The notes under the pieces are model-generated. The model was not told where the DNA came from. It saw nothing but the letters and a program-made list of their open reading frames with translations, and did no database searches. The translations under genes were made by a program, and so were the position numbers. A DNA stretch of 64,000 nucleotides from Heteronotia binoei (taxonomy: Eukaryota), in NCBI RefSeq assembly GCF_032191835.1, contig NC_083237.1, positions 1,116,001 through 1,180,000 on the forward strand, in the 5' to 3' direction. Below, piece by piece: positions 1 through 11,220 of this stretch; position 1 is the stretch's first letter; each line of letters begins with the position of its first letter.

Positions 1-70
1 TACTGTGTGCAGTTCTGGTCGCCGCACCTCAAAAAGGATATTATAGCATTGGAGAAAGTCCAGAAAAGGT
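1..70 (+). mobile_element. CR1 LINE RT fragment
   Basis: YCVQFWSPHLKKDIIALEKVQK, same as the CR1 copy at 17.9 kb. Confidence 0.8.
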
Positions 71-599
71 TTGCTCCTAAACTGATGAAGAATCACTGCT
101 TAAAAAAGGAGAGGCTGGTGGACATTTAGGGAGCCAAATGAAATCTAGTCCAGTAGAAACTCCCACGAGTTAGATGGACTCAGCTGGAAAACAAACCAGT
201 CAGGGAAAGGTGTGGGCCAAGGCCAAGGCTCCATGTGATCCGACTAGCCTGGGCCAACCAGGTCAGGGGAAAAGACATCCCGAGGGGGTTTACCATGGCC
301 TGCAACCCTGGGCTTCCTCGGTGGTCTCCCAACCAAGAACTAAGTGGGACTGGTCCTGTTTAGTTTCCCAGATATGACGAGATCAGGCTAGCCTGGGGCA
401 TCCAGGTCAGGGTCTGCTCGGACTACAAGTGCTAAAAATGACGCCGATTGGAGCATCCTGGCACAGATAAACTCTGCAATATTCCTCCGGTATTTGCAAT
501 GAAATCAGGATGAAATGGAGGAGAGGAAAACCGTAAGTGTCGCTTGTTGCCCCCACTGGGGGAAAGGCAGGATATGACACTTGCAATGAACCTCTTCTG

Positions 600-1035
600 C
601 TTCCTCCAGTATTCCTGCAGCCTTCAACAAGCCCTTTCTTCGTTGTTAAATAGTATCTGCTTCACTTCCACCCGCTTTTCCTCCCAGTTTAGTGTCATTG
701 CAAATTTAATGTTGCTCCTCCACACCCTCATCCATATCATTGATAAAAATATTGAAAAGAACCTGGCCCAGAACTAAGCCCTGTGCCCCCCCCCCCACTG
801 GACACCTCTCGATTCAGATGAAATGCCATTGACAACTCTTTGAGTGTGGTTCTCCAACCAGTTCCCTATCCACTATCCTAGAGTCCAGCCCACAATCCTC
901 CAGTTTACCCATCAGAACATCATGGGGAACCCTGACTAAAGCTCTACTGAAATCCAGGTAAACAATGTCAACAACATCCCCTGAATCCAGCAAACTCATC
1001 CCTCAATCAAAGAAGGAGATGAGGTTGGTTTGGAA
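600..1035 (-). mobile_element. Decayed CR1 LINE RT fragment
   Basis: ORF 814-999 DIVYLDFSRALVRVPHDVLMGKL; FANDTKL-like motif near 680-705. Confidence 0.75.
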
Positions 1036-1399
1036 GGGCCAAATATTAAAGAAATGCAAACATCCAGAATGCTTGGTTAGGTAAGGTTTATTTTATTTAT
1101 ATCCTGCCCTCCACGCCTAAGCAGGCTTTAAGACTACTGAAACGGCAGCTCACGTCATTACAAAAAACAAAAACATTTAAGTTAAAACATTAAAACAATT
1201 TGTTGCTAATTTCAGTACAATTTGAAGATGGCATTCAGTAGTCTTAAAGCATCTATTTACATCTAACACCTTGGCGAGAGTCATCATTTCAGTTAAATGC
1301 TAGCTGAAATAGCCATAGTCCTGCAGACCTTGCGGAACTGGGCAAGCTAAAGTCTTAGTTAAAGAGTGGAGATATTGTCCATTAACTGACCAATCATGA

Positions 1400-1678
1400 A
1401 CAGAAGAAGATGATATTGGATTTATATCCCGCCCTCCAATCTGAATCTCAGAGCGGCTCACAATCTCCTTTATCTCCCTCCCCCACAACAGATACCCTGT
1501 GAGGTGGGTGGGACTGAGAGAGCTCTCCCAGAAGCTGCCCCTTCAAGGACAACCTCTGCCAGAGCTATGGCTGACCCAAGGCCATTCCAGCAGGTGTAAG
1601 TGGAGGAGTGGGGAATCAAATCTGGTTCTCCCAGATAAGAGTCTGCACACTTAACCACTACACCAAACTGGCTCTCAG
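1400..1678 (-). mobile_element. tRNA-derived CORE/MIR-like SINE (Squam3-like), full length
   Basis: Head GAGAGCCAGTTTGGTGTAGTGGTTAAG, core CCACCTCACAGGG, tail GGGCGGGATATAAATCCAATATC(ATCTTC)n; family name from memory. Confidence 0.8.
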
Positions 1679-2514
1679 TGTGTAAGGATTCCTCTGTTCT
1701 CTCTGAGCTGGTAACAGGTTCCTCCAGTTACACGGTAACAGAGGCAGCTGCCCTTACAGCTAGAATCTTTGTAAATCTAGCTATGCATTCTCACCATTCC
1801 TAATGCTTAAACATGCAGAGCCATTATTTACACATTCTTGTGTGCTTTTGACCAACTGCTTCTCAGATGTTAGGTGGTTTTTCCACAGGCTGTACGGGGG
1901 GGGGGGGGGGACCCGGCAGCTCTGTTGCCAGTTGGCAGGACTCCGTTGTAGGTCTTGTGTATGTAAAAGTAACAATTTTATTTAAGGTGAAATCCCAAAA
2001 CGCAAAGCACAATCCACATAGTACATTTTATTGGGATCAAGCTAATGACACAGCACTACAAGCCTTTGAGTTCTCTTGGTCAGGCAAGATGTTAAAATAT
2101 AAAAGAGGCAAAAAAGGAAGAAGCTTTGGATTATGATCCTGGCATAGTCTGTGTTGTGCCTAGCTGCTAATCTGATGCTTGAATCCAGTGACACCCTGCT
2201 CTTGTAATGAACAAGAGGCCATCAAATGGTTTCCCCGCAGGAAACCATGGAAGACTGCAAAAGGCCCTTCTCTTTCTCTGCCTCACCATCACTGAATCCT
2301 CTTTCAGGAGAAGGCAAGGAAAGCCCTGGGCTGCCACTGCATGAACTCAGAAAACAAATCTAAGACCTTGCACGGGGTACGACTTCATGGAAATCTAAAT
2401 CTTGCAGCTTTACTTCATTGCAATCTCGCCTAGAGATGAGGGTTTGCAACAGAGTTGCCAGGTCTGTGTTGCAAAATAGCTGGAGAGGGGAGAGGCCTCA
2501 GAAGGGTCCAGTCG

Positions 2515-2654
2515 CAGGGGTGGGGAACAGTGGCTCTCCAGATGTTTTTTTTGCCTACAACTCCCATCAGCCCCAGCCACTGGCCATTCTGGCTGGGGCT
2601 GATGGGAGTTGTAGGCCAAAAAAACATCTGGAGAGTCACTGTTCCCCACGCGTG
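2515..2654. mobile_element. Palindromic hAT-type MITE
   Basis: CAGGGGTGGGGAAC...GTTCCCCACGCGTG; the whole element folds back. Confidence 0.75.
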
Positions 2655-2709
2655 TGCCACAGAGTCCCCCCACCCCCTCCTTCAAAGCAGCCATTTTCTC
2701 CAGGGGACA

Positions 2710-3450
2710 TATATGAACATATGAAGCTGCCTTATACTGAATCAGACTCTGGGTCCATCCAAGTCAGTATTGTCTACTCAGACTGGCAGCGGCTCTCCAG
2801 GATCCCAAGCTGAGGTTTTTCATGCCTACTTGTCTGGACCTTTTTTAGTTGGAGATGCCGGGGATTGAACCTGGGACCTTCTGCTTTCCAAGCAGATGCT
2901 CTGCCACTGAGCCACTGTCCCTCCCTTAAAACCATGTTCAAATGAACATATATGAATTTATGAAGCTGCCTTCTACTAAATCAGATCCCCTGGGTCCATC
3001 CAAGTCAGTTTTGTCTACTCAGACTGGCAGCGGCTCTCCAGGGTCTCAAGCTGAGGTTTTTCACACCTATTTGCCTGGACCCTTTTTAGTTGGAGATGCC
3101 AGTGGGGATTGAACCTGGGATCTTTGGGTTACCAAGCAGATGCTCCACCACTGAGCCACAGCCCCATTCATGGCTCTCCAGGGTCTCCAGCTGAGGTTTT
3201 CATGCCTCTTTGCCTGGACCCTTTTTAGTTGGAGATGCCAGGGATTGAACCTGGGACCTTCTGCTTGCCAAGCAGATGCTCTGCCACTGAGCCACCGTCC
3301 CTCCCCTGACGAGCAGCGGCTCTCCAGGGTCTCCAGCTGAGGTTTTTCACGCCTCTTTGCCTGGACCCTTTTTAGTTGGAGATGCCGGGGATTGAACCTG
3401 GGACCTTCTGCTTGCCAAGCAGATGCTCCACCACTCAGCCACCGCCCCCC
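2710..3450 (-). mobile_element. Cluster of tRNA-derived SINEs (Squam2-like): 2 near-full plus 2 head-only units in tandem
   Basis: A box TGGCTCAGTGG, B box GGTTCAATCC, tail TAAGGCAGCTTCATATGTTCA. Confidence 0.75.
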
Positions 3451-3849
3451 CTCTTTTCTCCAGGGGAGCTGATCTCTGCCAGCTGGAGATCAGCTGTGAA
3501 AGTAGGAGATCTCCAGCCCCACCCCTCCTGGAGGCTGCAGCAACCAAGAATCACATGGAAGGTGGAACTGCAGAGAACCCCAAAGGCTCCAGTTTCAGGC
3601 AGCTCTGCAAGACCCGGGGCGTCCATTTCCTGCAATAACAAAGAACCTCCCATCGCAGCGCAGGTGCTTCTTCTCCTCTTCCAGGCCTGCAATTGCTTCA
3701 CGTGGTGGATCCATCCTCCCAATGGCAAATGCAGTGAAATACCCACAGCCTAAACTCTCCCGTCTATTCAACCCGTACAGCAGCAACAGGCAAAGCCAGT
3801 TTAATGTCCCGTTTCGCTAAACAGCCTTTTCCAGGCTTCTCCATATTTC

Positions 3850-4330
3850 CTTTTTTAATTATTTCCCATTTTCATCCAACGCTGTCCGGCGAAGCCGCTC
3901 TAGGCCGTGCGCCCTCCCGCCTCTATGTACTTCCGGAAGGGGGCGGGGAGGAGGCTGCCGGCCGGAAGCGCCCTCGACTTCCCCGCCCCTCCGCTTCCGC
4001 GCGCCTCTCCTCCCGATTGGCTCTCCGCCGCCGAGCGGCCGGACGTGACGTCGGAGCGGTGATGCGTCTTCCGGCGCGGAGGCGGAGGGGACTGGGCAGA
4101 GCGGGGCAGGTGGGCTGCGCGGCCGGCCGGGGAGGGGAGGCGCCCGGCCTCTTGGGTGGGGCAGGGTTGCCAGCTCCAGGGTGGGAGATTCCTGGAGGTT
4201 TGGGGGTGGGGCTTAGGGCCGCGGGATCCCCCCTGCAGAGCGCCCGTTTTCTCCCGGGGAATCCCCATTCCGCTGGCCTCCCTGCTGTGGGGAATGCGGT
4301 GCCCATCCTGGGCTGGGCAATTCGTGGCAA
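3850..4330 (+). promoter_or_regulatory. SRRT: CpG-island promoter and probable non-coding exon 1 of SRRT
   Basis: CpG-dense. ETS-type CTTCCGGAAG 3930-3939 and CCGGAAG 3962-3968, GC box about 3939-3948, ATTGG 4016-4020, CRE-like TGACGTC 4046-4052. Candidate donor CAG|GTGGGC at 4109/4110. Confidence 0.75.
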
Positions 4331-4558
4331 TTGCGGGGTGGTCTACCCTCCAGAGCTGCCTTTTTTTCTCCAGGAGATCTCCAGGCTTCTCCTGGAGGTT
4401 GGCAGCCTTATTTCTTTGGGCAGCCCTCCTTTTCTCCCCCTTCTCCCAATATAGGGGATGATGCAAGGTTACCACATCTCTGTATGTAAGCTGCCCTGAG
4501 CCTGCTTCGGCGGGGAGGGAGGGAGGGATATAAATTAAAAATTATTATTATTGTAGTG

Positions 4559-4694
4559 CAGGGGTGGCCAACGGTAGCTCGCCAGATGTTTTCTGCGTAC
4601 AACTCCCATCAGCCCCAGCCATTGGCCATGCTGGCTGGGGCTGATGGGAGTTGTAGGCAAAAAACATCTGGAGAGTCACTGTTCCCCACGCCTG
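4559..4694. mobile_element. Palindromic hAT-type MITE, chimeric arms
   Basis: Left end like the 51010 copy, right end like the 2515 copy. Confidence 0.75.
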
Positions 4695-5811
4695 TGCCAC
4701 AGAGTCCCCCCACCCCCTCCTTCAAAGCAGCCACTTTCTCCAGGGCCTCCCCTGCTGTAGTGCCCTGTTGCTGGCTCTGGTTTGAAAATTCCTAGGGATT
4801 TGGAGGTTGCAAAAGGCAGGGTTTGGGGAGGCAAGGGAGCTCAGTGGGGTATAAAGGCCTAGTGCCCATCCTCCAAAGGCACCTTTTTCTCCAGATGATC
4901 TCTGTCATCTGGAGAACAGCTGGAAATCCAGGAGATCTCTAGGCCCCACCTGGAAGTTGGCAAGCCTGTGTGCGGTTTCAGCGCTATCGCTTCCAATTTA
5001 CGACAGTCCTCTGAATTAATGTCTTCCAAAGTGTCCTGTCGTTAACAGCCTTGCTCAGGGCTTTGGAAACTACTGAAAAAGAGAATAAAGGGGGGAGAAC
5101 GAATGAATCAACCCAAACAAATGAATCAAGTACCTGAAAGGTTAGTTACTTACAAAGTATAGCGCCAGTGACTAAGAACTAAAATTATAACTTAATTATT
5201 ATAAAAAATACATGTATTTATTGATTAATTAAAAACAATTATGGACCCGATTGTACCTTCAATAGAGGGTATAATATACACAACTTGGCCCCAAAATACA
5301 CATACTTTTAATAATAATAAAGTTATAATTATAGTTTTTAGTCATTGGCCTGCTGCCTTGAAAGCAATCCTAAATTTACTCAAAACTTCACTGTGGTCTG
5401 TTCAATGGGACTTACTCCCAGGAAAGCATTCTTAGGATGATGCTGAAACTTTGTATGTAGCTAACCTTTCAGATACTTGCAAGCTACTGCGTATCTATTT
5501 GGGCATTCTTCAAAATATTATTTATTGAAACATTTATACTCCATTTTTCTTCATAGTTCATTTCCAAAAAAACATTACTTATTTGCTGAGTTCTTCAGTG
5601 AGGAGGAGGTACACGGCTTCTTGCTTTGTGTGCCAAAGGCCCTGGATCTGTCCCTGCCACCATTCACTGCTGCCAGTTCAACGGGCTTTCCTTTTTGCCT
5701 TTGTTTCTCTACTTAGTTATACGATAGGATTTTTGTTCCACCCCATAAGTGATTATGTTGGATTAATTGTTTTTCTCTTACCTGCTTTGCAGTAGTTCTC
5801 TTCTTGCCTCA

Positions 5812-5930
5812 ATGGGGGACAGCGACGATGAATATGACCGCAGGCGCAGGGATAAATTCCGACGAGAGCGGAGTGATTACGACCGCTCTCGGGAACGTGA
5901 TGACAGACGGCGGGATGACTGGAATGACAG
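5812..5930 (+). CDS. SRRT: SRRT coding exon 1 (start codon)
   Basis: [39 protein letters not shown]; tandem CAGTAG acceptor 5790-5795; donor GTAGGC. Confidence 0.97.
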
Positions 5931-6225
5931 GTAGGCCTTGATGATCAGGTCTGGGAGCTGGGTGGGTGGTCCTCTGCTTTGGGGGGATCTTTCCTTTTCT
6001 GCAGGTTCACTGCAAGGATTCGAGTAAGTCCTTTGTTCAGTTTTGGACTCCTCATCTATATAACCAGCATGAGGAGAACCTTGTCGTTTTGGTTTGAGAA
6101 CTGGAGAATGTGAACCATAGCCAGATAATCACCACATTTGCCTTTCTTGTCACGGAGAACAGAGAAAGGAGGAGGTAACCAGTGACAGTAACGCTTCTTA
6201 TAATCGGTGTACCTCTTACTCTCAG

Positions 6226-6354
6226 GGAGTGGGATAGGGGCCGAGAGCGCCGGAGCAGAGGAGAGTACCGTGATTATGACCGGAACCGACGTGAACGGTT
6301 CTCTCCACCTCGCCATGACCTGAGCCCTCCACAGAAGCGGATGCGACGGGACTG
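6226..6354 (+). CDS. SRRT: SRRT coding exon 2
   Basis: [42 protein letters not shown]. Confidence 0.97.
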
Positions 6355-6810
6355 GTAGGTGGCTGTGCCACACACCCCCCCCCATGGCTTCTCCCTTTCT
6401 CATCCTGCATTCTGGCCCCAAACGGGCATATAGTCTAGCATTTAGGCAGACCCACAAGCAGTGCATGAGAGGGATATTTGTCTCCTGGTGTTTGTTCCTG
6501 GCATTTGCCAATCAAGTGTGTGTGTGCATGCTGTCTGTCAACAGGGAGGTGCTGTTCTTTGTTAACTTTTGCTAGTCTCTGTTAACTTTTTTTTTTTTTT
6601 AAGCTGTGTGTCAGCGCGGTCCGTTGTAACCTGTGGCAGTAAATTCTGGAAGCTAATAATGTGTAGCGCGAAGAAGGGCTTCCAGGCATAATTGAGGCCA
6701 CAATTGCAACGCAGGTTGCTGTAAAACCACAAGAGCATCACCACAACCACCCCTGGTTCTCTCCCAGTCCTCCTGAGGGTGTTTCTCTGCCCCTCCCCCA
6801 ATTTCCACAG

Positions 6811-6957
6811 GGATGAGCACACAGCCGACCCCTATCACAGTGCCTACGAGATGCCCTATAGCGGGGTCTCCACTGGCCCCACCTATGGACCTCCCCAGCC
6901 CTGGGCCCACCCTGAAATGCACGTGACGCAGCACCACATCTTGCCTATCCAGGCCAG
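6811..6957 (+). CDS. SRRT: SRRT coding exon 3
   Basis: [16 protein letters not shown]...HHILPIQA; AG/GT flanks. Confidence 0.96.
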
Positions 6958-7192
6958 GTAAGCCGAATCCTCTCAGCCACTCCCAGGAAGCCTCCAGAGT
7001 GCAGTCCACCCAGAGGTCTGTCAGGGAGCCCCACGTTACCTTTTGTCTAAAGTTTGACTGTCGGCCCCTCTGAGAGCCCCAAAGGGGTGCAGCCGCAGGG
7101 CGTCCAGTGGCAAAGGAGGCAAAACGCGTCCCTTAAATTCTTCCCTCATCTGTTTGGCATCTTTCACGCTCAAAGCAGTTTCTGGTTTCAAA

Positions 7193-7405
7193 GGGGAGGG
7201 ACGGTGGCTCAGTGGTAGAGCATCTGCTTGGGAAGCAGAAGGTCCCAGGTTCAATCCCTGGCATCTCCACTAAAAAAGGGTCCAGGCAAGTAGGCCTGAA
7301 AATCCTCAGCTTGAGACCCTGGAGAGCCGCTGCCAGTCTGAGGAGACAAGACTGACTTTGATGGACCGAGGGTCTGATTCAGTATAAGGCAGCTTCATAT
7401 GTTCA
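7193..7405 (+). mobile_element. Squam2-like SINE in SRRT intron
   Basis: tRNA-like head with A/B boxes, tail CATATGTTCA. Confidence 0.8.
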
Positions 7406-8036
7406 AGGGCAGCTCAGCTTTTTTAATGGCATATCGTTCCTTTTTTGCTTAGTTAAGATTTGAAAAGATTCTTGTCGTAGCACTTTAGTTCATAATATTT
7501 GCAGTCCTAAAATAGTAACTTGACTTTTCAGGTTATGTTTACTGGTAAGGAAAGCTGAATTGTATAATAAATAATGGGAGGGGAGGGGAAGAGAGAAGCG
7601 GGGTGGGGGTGGGGGGGATACAGCTTGTTTACTTTTGGAGCCTTTGGGGGGAATGGTGCCTGGTCTAATGCAAACAGCAGGGCAAAGAGTTTACAATACA
7701 TGCTTACTAAAATCTGGGCTTTTTTGTTTTGTAGCTCAGTGCCAGGTGGCAAAAGCCCCTCCCCAGCCCCAAAAGAAAGTTCTCTTAAGCTCCTGGCAGA
7801 CGCAGGCCCTTGAGCACTGAGGGCTCTCTGGTGTGTTCTCAGGGCCTTGGGTCAGAGGTGGTGACATCATGCAGAGTGCGGCGAGATTGTGGTGGGGGTG
7901 CGCATCGTTGCTAGCGTATCTCTAGGTAGCTCCTGAATGCTTGAAAAACGGCTGCAGAATTGAATTTGGCAGGAAAGCCGCCTCCCTTTAGGAGCCGTCG
8001 AAGGATGAGAGGGTATCCGCATTGTTCTCTTCACAG

Positions 8037-8225
8037 GCTGGGGAACATTGCAGAGGTGGACCTGGGCATCGCCCCGCCCGTCATGAAGAGTTTCAAGGAG
8101 TTCCTCCTCTCCCTGGACGATTCTATTGATGAGACGGAAGCAGTAAAGCGCTACAATGACTACAAACTGGACTTCCGGCGCCAGCAGATGCAGGACTTCT
8201 TTTTGGCCCACAAGGATGAAGAGTG
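8037..8225 (+). CDS. SRRT: SRRT coding exon 4
   Basis: [62 protein letters not shown]. Confidence 0.97.
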
Positions 8226-11019
8226 GTACGTCTCCCGTGGGCTGGGCCTCCTGCTTTTGTGGAGAGGGGCATGGGACAAGGCTGGGAGGGGTGGCTTTGC
8301 AGGCAGGCTGGTTGGTTTGTCATGAAGTCAGTGCAGCGGTGCCACTTCTGCGTCTTGAAATGGCGTTGCTGGCTGCTGCTCGGGACTTGAAAAACTGTTA
8401 CGTTCTCTCTCGAAGTGAAAATGCAGCGATTACGAACGAAGCCAGGGGGGCGTGAGGTTTCTGGCTAAGTTCATAATTGCAGGAAGAATTTCCATCTTGC
8501 CTCGTGTTCTCTGGATCTCCTTGACATTTCTGTGACCGGCAGATCAGAAGTTGTGGAAATGATGGGGCATGCAGAAGCTGTGATCACATGAGGACAAATC
8601 CCATGGTGCACAAAGGGTCCTCTTTCAGAGTGAATGTGCATGGAATTCCACTGCGAATGATGTAAGTGGAGGAATTCCACTTCTGGTATCCTGTGCTTTG
8701 CACGGGCCTTTCTCACAAGCGCAGTGAAATGTCTGACTGCAACAGCAGCCAGAGGGCCACTTGCAGCTCTGATGTGGGGGGGGATTTCATCAGGGATGTT
8801 TGTAGAGCAGCAGTCAGGGGCTGGCTGAGGAAGAGATGCGTGCTGAGAGCAGCAGTGAAGAGGAGAAGATTGGCTGAGGGGAGAGGGCTGTACACAGGTC
8901 TCCTAGGCCTGGTTTCAGAATAGCACCGAATTGAGGCAAAAGATTTTCCCATGGGCCTTTGCCCTTGCATGGCATCAGGTTTAAGTCAGGCTACTCCCCA
9001 TGCAGAACTTTTAAGCAGCTTGGTTCAAGCTGCTCCGTTCCTATTTTGGAAGGTGTCTTTGCTCCCGTACTTTGAGGCTTACCTTCGCCCAGTTGTGTTA
9101 CTTGCCAGTCAACATACTGCGTCTGTGTCTGTCGGTCAGATTGGGATCCTCACAAGTGCCCCTGTGAAGTTGGAGACGGTCCAAAGGTCACCTGTAGGCT
9201 TTTTTGGAAAATGGCTGAGTGGAGATTTGAACCTTCTGCCTCTCCACTCCTAGTCCCTTGTGCTGATGACGGGTTCTTGGCCATATTGCCACCTTTTCCC
9301 AGGTGTTGGGCCCAGATTGTCCTTTCTGTGGACGCAGGGATTTCCACTCCAGGAGTGCGATTTTTCGCCTCCCCCTTCCTGGGAGATGAAATTCTGTCCC
9401 CTCCTCCGTGACCAGGACTGCAGGGGGGCCTTGCAGGAGGTGGGGAGGTCACGGTGCTCTGCGAGTGGAAGGCCTGGAGCTCACAAAACATCCAGCTGGG
9501 GTCCTTCCTGGAAATGGCAAGAACAGACTTGTCTTGTTCTCTGCTTCCCTCTCCTCTGTTTCCATGGCAAGTCCCAAAAAATCCTGACTAGTTCTCCTCC
9601 TGCAGAGCTGTAGGGGCCCCTCGAGACACGCAGGCAGCTGTGAGGAGCAGGCGGGAGCAATTCCTTCTTTCCCTACCTGGTTGTGTGGAGGTGATTCTCG
9701 CTTGCCCCAGGTGAGTGGCCTTTGGCCACAGTCCCCCCCAGGTGGATTATCACAGAATTGGACTCTTCAGCCATCCCTCCCTGTTGCTTCAGAGGGAGTC
9801 CAGATCCCTGGCCTGAGAGAGGACCTGGCGCGGTCTGGTCCTTTGCCCAGCCCATCTTATTGATGGTATCCAAGATACAGTGCTGGGTGTGCGTTGAAGT
9901 GTCAGGCCATGGGGATTGAGTTGTTTGTTAAACGTATGTCTGCCTTTTCCCACAAGTGGGCTCAGGGTGGCTTACGACGTATAAAAAGTAGCATAATTAA
10001 AAAAAAAGATTTAAAACCATCAAACAGGATGTCTGTTAAAACAAGGCTTCAGCTCTGAGGCAGCCCATAATGCCTCCTGCAGGATGTTAGTTAGATACGG
10101 AATTCCTGTGAGCAAGAGAGGCTGAGATAGTGGAACGCCCCTCCCTCCCCTCAGCCAAAGGCCTGGCGGAACAGCTCTGTTTGACAGCCCCTGTGGAAGT
10201 GCAGTAAGTCCTGCAGGGCCCTGATCTCAGATAGGAGCCTCTTCCCCCAGGCTGGGGCCAGGCAGAAAATGCCCTGGCCCTGGTTAAGGCGAAGTGGATG
10301 TCTTTTGAGCCAGAGACTACCAGCAGACAGGGCCTCTAAAGGCAACATGGACCTGCGGAATTGACTTCACATTTCCCTGAATTTGAATTTGCCTTCCCCC
10401 ATCAGAGAACTTAGGGGCGGGCTGATCCTTGAAGCTGAGGGGCTTCCTGTCCCCTGGGCTGCATCCGTGCACAGCCCCCCCCCCCATCACTGCATTTGGA
10501 AGGATGTGAGTGAAACATGTTGGGTTTGTATCAGTTCTGGGTCAGCAGGGGAGAGTCAGACACGGCTCTGTGGGTTCAGTGCCTCAGAGCATTTGTGGAG
10601 CACCTGCCAGGCAGCTGCAGCCTTAGACTGGGAGGCAGGAGAGGCGTGGAGGAGACCCCACTGGGGTGGGGGGAAGAGAGTGGGGTGGGCCCGAGAGTGA
10701 AGGAGAGCTGCTTTCCCTGAAGCACTTAGTTTCTCGGGATGCTGCCGTTTTGGAGGCCGTTTGGTTGAGGAAGCAGTTTAGAGTCAGTTGCTTGTGTGGG
10801 CCGTGGGGTGGTTTCACTCAGGACCAGTGTTGCCTCTAAGCTGCAGAGTCTTGGGAGCAAAAATGCTACTTGCTGGCATTAAAAGTTGTGAGCTGCTGCA
10901 TAAACGATTGTGCTCTGGGGCCCTCCTTCCTGAGCTAAGACAGAGATGTGTGAGCTGGAGGCTAAAAATCTGTGAGCTAGCTCACACTAACTGAGCTTAG
11001 AGAGAGAACAAAGTGAGAC

Positions 11020-11220
11020 TCAAGTTGCACATATAAGACCAACAAAGTTTTTTTTTTCCAGAATGTAAGCTTTCGCGCGTACCCGATTCCTCATCTGACG
11101 AAGTGTGCTTTAGAGCACACGAAAGCTTACATTCTGAAAAAAAGCTTTGTTGGTCTTATATGTGCAACTTGACTCCTGCTTTGTTCTTCTGCTTCAGACC
11201 AGCACGTCTGCCCACCTGGC
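11020..11220 (+). mobile_element. Penelope-like-element remnant: fold-back with hammerhead core
   Basis: Inverted arms 11020-11075 and 11120-11172; CTGACGA-A-GTGTGC-TTTAGA-GCACAC-GAAAGCTT at 11095-11128; tail CTGCTTCAGACCAGCACG shared with other copies. Confidence 0.75.

Noticed and set aside
3804-4475. Long overlapping ORFs on both strands (216 aa, 191 aa)
   Set aside because: Low-complexity Arg/Gly/Pro/Ala translations typical of a stop-poor CpG island; the same applies to 54.2-55.6 kb and 40.0-40.8 kb.
7193-7270. tRNA-like sequence with A and B boxes (also about 46240, 46445, 46672, 53530)
   Set aside because: Continues into the SINE body and tail in every copy; these are SINE heads, not tRNA genes.
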